From an uncultured bacterium (GTDB lineage Bacteria > Abyssobacteria > SURF-5), in assembly GCA_964510165.1 (NCBI GenBank), contig CAZEBC010000015.1, positions 18,664 to 39,005 of the forward strand: a stretch of 20,342 nt of DNA, read 5' to 3'. Positions 16,559 to 20,342 of the stretch are shown piece by piece. Made by a program: the position numbers and the translations under genes. Every line of letters begins with the position of its first letter. Positions within the stretch are counted from its first letter, which is position 1. Under the pieces are notes generated by a model, which did no database searches, was not told where the DNA came from, and saw only the letters and a program-made list of their open reading frames with translations.

Positions 16559-17194
16559 ATGAGCACATTGCAGAAGCGTAAAAACTCAGCGCAGGCGCTG
16601 GCCATCTTCCTGGCCGGATTCGTCGTCTTTCATATCACCGGACGCACGGTGGTGCCCGCGCTGATGCACACTAAGAGCAGGCAGCCGGTGGAATTCAGCC
16701 ATATGATACATGGAAGGGACGTCGGGATATCGTGCGAGACGTGCCACTTCTTTTACGAGGATGGCAGTTGGTCGGGAATTCCGACGCTCGAGGTCTGTTC
16801 CAACTGCCATGCCGAGGTATTGGGGGAATCGGAGGCCGAACAGCATTTCGTGACGAACTACATCAAGGAGAACAAGGACGTGAAATGGGGCCTCTATTTC
16901 CGGCAACCCCAATGCGTTTCCTTCTCGCATTCATCGCATGTGAAAGGCGCCAAGCTCGCATGTGAGACCTGCCACGGACCGCAGGGCCTCTCCGGGCGTG
17001 AGACGCGGTATCTGACCAATCGAATTACGCAGTACAGTTACGTCATCTACGATGGGGAGACCTCGAATAATCCCGGTCCCAAGGGCGCCGCGAAGACTGA
17101 GAAGAAGACATGGGGAACCATGGGAATGGACGAGTGCGCGCAATGTCATCGGGCCAGAGGGACAAGCACCGCGTGTTTCATATGTCACAAGTAG
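16559..17194 (+). CDS. qrcA: Quinone reductase complex multiheme cytochrome c subunit (QrcA/ActA-like, 5 hemes)
   Basis: 211 aa; N-terminal TM, QPVEFSH, five CxxCH (CETCH, CSNCH, CETCH, CAQCH, CFICHK at the C-terminus), QPQCVSFSH; followed by qrcB- and qrcC-like genes. Confidence 0.88.
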   Translation: MSTLQKRKNSAQALAIFLAGFVVFHITGRTVVPALMHTKSRQPVEFSHMIHGRDVGISCETCHFFYEDGSWSGIPTLEVCSNCHAEVLGESEAEQHFVTNYIKENKDVKWGLYFRQPQCVSFSHSSHVKGAKLACETCHGPQGLSGRETRYLTNRITQYSYVIYDGETSNNPGPKGAAKTEKKTWGTMGMDECAQCHRARGTSTACFICHK

Positions 17195-17242
17195 GGGCGT
17201 CCCTGTGTGGGCGCCCGGGCGGCCACGCAGGGCCGTCCCTAC
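17191..17242. repeat. Inverted dimer of GTAG-tagged REP sequences (REPIN-like)
   Basis: GTAGGGGCGTCCCTGTGTGGGCGCCC (17191-17216) followed directly by the reverse complement of GTAGGGACGGCCCTGCGTGGCCGCCC (17217-17242). Confidence 0.85.
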
Positions 17243-17283
17243 AACAAAAAGGCGAATTGGCGACACCAGGAGAAGGGTCATAA

Positions 17284-19665
17284 ATGAAGGTTGATAGAAG
17301 GCAATTCATCAGAGCGCTGACATTCGCCGGAGGCGGAGCGCTCGGCTTTATGACATCGCCCGCCCCCTGGCATCTGGTCAGAGACCTTGCCAGGTGGACC
17401 CAGAACTGGCCATGGGTTCCCGTGCCGCCTCATGGCAAGCCGTCGCATCTCAACGGCATCTGCGGGATGTGCGACGGCGGATGCGGGGTTACCGTACGAA
17501 AAGTGGATGACCGACTGGTGGGAATCGAAGGCAACAAGAAGCATCCGGTCAACCGCGGCCTGATGTGCCCGCACGGCACTGCGGGTTTGCAGATGGTCTA
17601 TGGGCCTTCCCGCGTGAGAGAACCGCTGAAACGCACGGGCACGAAGCAGGAGCCGAAGTGGGAACCGGTCACCTGGGAGCAGGCCATCAACGAGGTGATC
17701 GGCAAGATACGGGGACTCCGCTCGGGAGCGAAATCACATGCGCTTGCCTGCATCACGAACAACTGCGATAGCACTGTCAATCTGCTTCTTGAACGGTTTC
17801 TGCAGGCGGTCGGATCGCGCAACTTCATGAAGATGAATTCCGGCAGAGACGCCCGCGACGTTGTGGCGCGGCTCATGCAGGGGACGGGCGGGAATCTGGC
17901 GTACGATTTTGAGAGGACAAATCTGATACTCAGCTTCGGTTGTTCGCTTCTCGATGGATGGGGCTCCTGCACGAGGATGCTCGGCGCATATACGGGATGG
18001 ACGACCGGAGCCGATGAAAGTCGGACGCAGATAATTCAATTCGAGCCGAATCTCTCCGTCACCGCCACAAAGGCGTCCCAGTGGGTTCCGATTAAGCCCG
18101 GTTCGGAAGGCGCCCTGGCGCTCGGATTGGCCCATGTCCTCATAAGGGACGGGCTTTACGATGGGGAGTTCGTCAGCGAGTATTGCTTCGGATTTGAAGA
18201 TTGGACGGATAAGGACGGAACGAGGCGAAAGGGATTCAAGTCCCTCGTGCTCGCCGATTACTCGCCTTTGGCCGTTGAGAAGATGACGGCGGTGGAGGCC
18301 CACCAGATCGAGAAGCTGGCGAAAGAGTTCGCGGCGCACAGGCCTTCGCTGGCAGTCGCGGGAGGCGGCACGGGCGAACTGTTCAACGACCTGTATGAGT
18401 TGATGGCGATTCACAGCCTGAATGCGCTGGTTGGAAACCTCAACAAGCCGGGCGGGGTGTTCATCAAACCCGATCCGCCGCTGACGCCGTTGCCGCCCGT
18501 CATAATGGACGAGGAGGCCGAGCGCGGGTTCGCGGTCGGAAGGGCGGACGGAGCCGGGAGCGAAGCTTATCCATTTTCGCCGTATTTGCCGTGCAATCTG
18601 AATCCAGATGAGATCGAGGTTCTTCTCGTGCATGAGGTGAATCCGCGTTACTCACTTCCCGACAGCGAGACGGCGAATAAGATATTCGAGCGTGTACCTT
18701 ATATAGTGAGCTTCTCCTCGTACATGGACGAGAGCGCGGCAATGGCCGACCTTGTGCTTCCGATACCGACGCGTTACGAGAGATGGGACGATCAGATTGC
18801 CTCGCCCGAATCGCCGTTCCCGGTTTACAATCTCACTCGACCGCTCGCGGAGCCGGTCTACCAGACGAAACCGGCGGGCGAAATCATTATCCAGATGGCC
18901 GGCCGGTTGGGCGGCTCAATTGGCGAATCGTTCCCGTGGGCCGACATGCAGGAACTGCTCAAAGTTCGGGCAAGGGGACTCTATGAATCTGGCCGGGGAG
19001 TGATTGACACGTCGGAGGCTCTCGTGGCGACGGACAGGAGACCGCCACCCGTGATGACATACAGCTCATTCGTCGCGATGTGGGAGAAACTCGTCGAGAA
19101 CAATTGCTGGTTCGATCCGAACCCGGAGTATGCAGACCTCAAGAGGGAGATAGCGACGCCAAGCCGCAGATTCGAGTTTTATAGCAGGCGACTGAAGGAA
19201 GCGTTCGGGTTCCAGAACGATGTTGACTGCATGCCGCATTACGTTGGGCCGCCGGCCAATCCGGAGGGGTTTGACCTTCTGATCATGCCCGAGGTCATGC
19301 TCGTCGTTGCCGATGATGGAAAGCCCACGCCGCCGTTCCTTATGAAACAGATAGACGACGATGTGCTCGAGAGAGACAGGCTGTTCGTGCAGATCAATCC
19401 GATAACTGCGATGTACAGGGGCCTAAAGGACGGCGACGACGTCATCGTGGAGACCCCCCGCGGAAAAGTGAAGGCGGGTCTGCGCACGTTCGAGGGCGTG
19501 CGCGAAGGCGTGGTGTTGATACCGCTCGGTTTCGGCCACACGGCGTATGATGAATTTCTGCGGGGCAAAGGAGTCAATGCGCATGACATCCTCGAGGCGA
19601 GGAAGGACAGGCTCAGCGGATTGCCGGTCTGGTGGTCAACGCCCGGCAAATTAAGCAAGGCATGA
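17284..19665 (+). CDS. qrcB: Quinone reductase complex molybdopterin-oxidoreductase-like subunit (QrcB)
   Basis: 793 aa; Tat motif DRRQFI; QrcB-typical SPAPW...RWTQNWPWVP; CGMCDGGC...C motif; DMSO-reductase-family motifs PIKPGSEGALALGLAHVLI, ESAAMADLVLP, GFGH. Confidence 0.88.
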   Translation: MKVDRRQFIRALTFAGGGALGFMTSPAPWHLVRDLARWTQNWPWVPVPPHGKPSHLNGICGMCDGGCGVTVRKVDDRLVGIEGNKKHPVNRGLMCPHGTAGLQMVYGPSRVREPLKRTGTKQEPKWEPVTWEQAINEVIGKIRGLRSGAKSHALACITNNCDSTVNLLLERFLQAVGSRNFMKMNSGRDARDVVARLMQGTGGNLAYDFERTNLILSFGCSLLDGWGSCTRMLGAYTGWTTGADESRTQIIQFEPNLSVTATKASQWVPIKPGSEGALALGLAHVLIRDGLYDGEFVSEYCFGFEDWTDKDGTRRKGFKSLVLADYSPLAVEKMTAVEAHQIEKLAKEFAAHRPSLAVAGGGTGELFNDLYELMAIHSLNALVGNLNKPGGVFIKPDPPLTPLPPVIMDEEAERGFAVGRADGAGSEAYPFSPYLPCNLNPDEIEVLLVHEVNPRYSLPDSETANKIFERVPYIVSFSSYMDESAAMADLVLPIPTRYERWDDQIASPESPFPVYNLTRPLAEPVYQTKPAGEIIIQMAGRLGGSIGESFPWADMQELLKVRARGLYESGRGVIDTSEALVATDRRPPPVMTYSSFVAMWEKLVENNCWFDPNPEYADLKREIATPSRRFEFYSRRLKEAFGFQNDVDCMPHYVGPPANPEGFDLLIMPEVMLVVADDGKPTPPFLMKQIDDDVLERDRLFVQINPITAMYRGLKDGDDVIVETPRGKVKAGLRTFEGVREGVVLIPLGFGHTAYDEFLRGKGVNAHDILEARKDRLSGLPVWWSTPGKLSKA

Positions 19666-19672
19666 GGAGCGT

Positions 19673-20342
19673 ATGGAGAAGTCTGACCGAGTGAAGCCGA
19701 TTCGTTACGGCATGGTGATAGATGTGGACAAGTGCACCGGCTGCGGGAACTGCGCGGTGGCGTGTCATATGGAGAACAATGTCGCCGTCATGAAGGACGA
19801 GAGCGACAAGTCGCGCAACATGGCTTGGCTCCGCGTGTACAAGGTGACTAATGGAGCGCCCTATCCAAACGTGCGCATGGCCTACTTCGCGCGGCCGTGC
19901 ATGCAGTGCGACCGTCACACGCCGTGCGTGTCGGTGTGTCCCGCCAGCGCGACCAACTATGACAAGGAAACCGGCCTCGTGGACCAGATAAACACCCGCT
20001 GCATCGGATGCCGGTATTGCATGGCGGCGTGTCCGTATATGGTTCGGTGCTTCAACTGGTGGGACCCGGTGTGGCCCGGCGACATGGAAAAGTATCTGAA
20101 TCCTGATGTCGCCCCCCGCATGCGAGGGGTGGTGGAGAAGTGCACGTTTTGCTCGCATAGATACATCAAGGCGAAAAACCTCGCGCATCAGGAAGGCCGC
20201 AGCGTTCTGAGGAAAGGGGAATACGTGCCGGCATGCGTCGAGGCGTGTCCGGTAGGCGCAATGCACTTCGGCGATCTGAATGACCCGGAATATGAAGTGC
20301 ACGCCCTGGCGAAGGGGCCCCGCGCATTCAGGCTGCTCGAGA
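19673..20342 (+). CDS. qrcC: Quinone reductase complex iron-sulfur subunit (QrcC), truncated by the right window edge
   Basis: Manual translation from ATG 19673 (GAGGAG RBS): RYGMVIDVDKCTGCGNCAVACHMENN, RPCMQC..TPCVSVCP, RCIGCRYCMAACPY..RCFNWWDPVWP, PRMRGVVEKCTFC, PACVEACP. Confidence 0.92.
   Translation, partial: MEKSDRVKPIRYGMVIDVDKCTGCGNCAVACHMENNVAVMKDESDKSRNMAWLRVYKVTNGAPYPNVRMAYFARPCMQCDRHTPCVSVCPASATNYDKETGLVDQINTRCIGCRYCMAACPYMVRCFNWWDPVWPGDMEKYLNPDVAPRMRGVVEKCTFCSHRYIKAKNLAHQEGRSVLRKGEYVPACVEACPVGAMHFGDLNDPEYEVHALAKGPRAFRLLE

Noticed and set aside
6256-20302. Long minus-strand ORFs (6256-7191, 7288-8496, 10512-11633, 13234-14445, 17734-18633, 19613-20302)
   Set aside because: Antisense to clearly identifiable genes; expected in GC-rich coding DNA.
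1-20342. CRISPR array, tRNA/rRNA, transposase or integrase
   Set aside because: No regularly spaced repeat-spacer array, RNA gene signature or recombinase motif was seen.

Overview
Bacterial window (moderately high GC, anaerobe-type gene content). Left part: a YfhO-family polytopic membrane protein (minus strand, runs off the left edge), a DAO/sarcosine-oxidase-beta-like FAD oxidoreductase, a DUF1015 protein, elongation factor P with an atypical TPGNKRG loop, and a small operon of a B12-binding radical SAM enzyme plus TetR regulator with a clear sigma70 promoter and overlapping palindrome. From about 8.6 kb to the right edge lies a co-oriented respiratory locus behind a sigma54-type promoter with an IHF site: three tandem membrane-anchored glycine-cleavage-H-protein-like paralogs that all lack the lipoyl lysine at its canonical position, a HybA/FdnH-like 4x[4Fe-4S] protein without Tat signal, a HybB/NrfD-family membrane protein, a heme-motif HAMP histidine kinase, a membrane-anchored 10-11-heme cytochrome c, and qrcA-qrcB-qrcC (qrcC truncated by the window edge). 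No catalytic hydrogenase or formate dehydrogenase subunit, no gcvP/T/L and no response regulator are visible. Several palindromic REP-like repeat families occupy the intergenic gaps. All calls are from manual motif reading; no searches were run.
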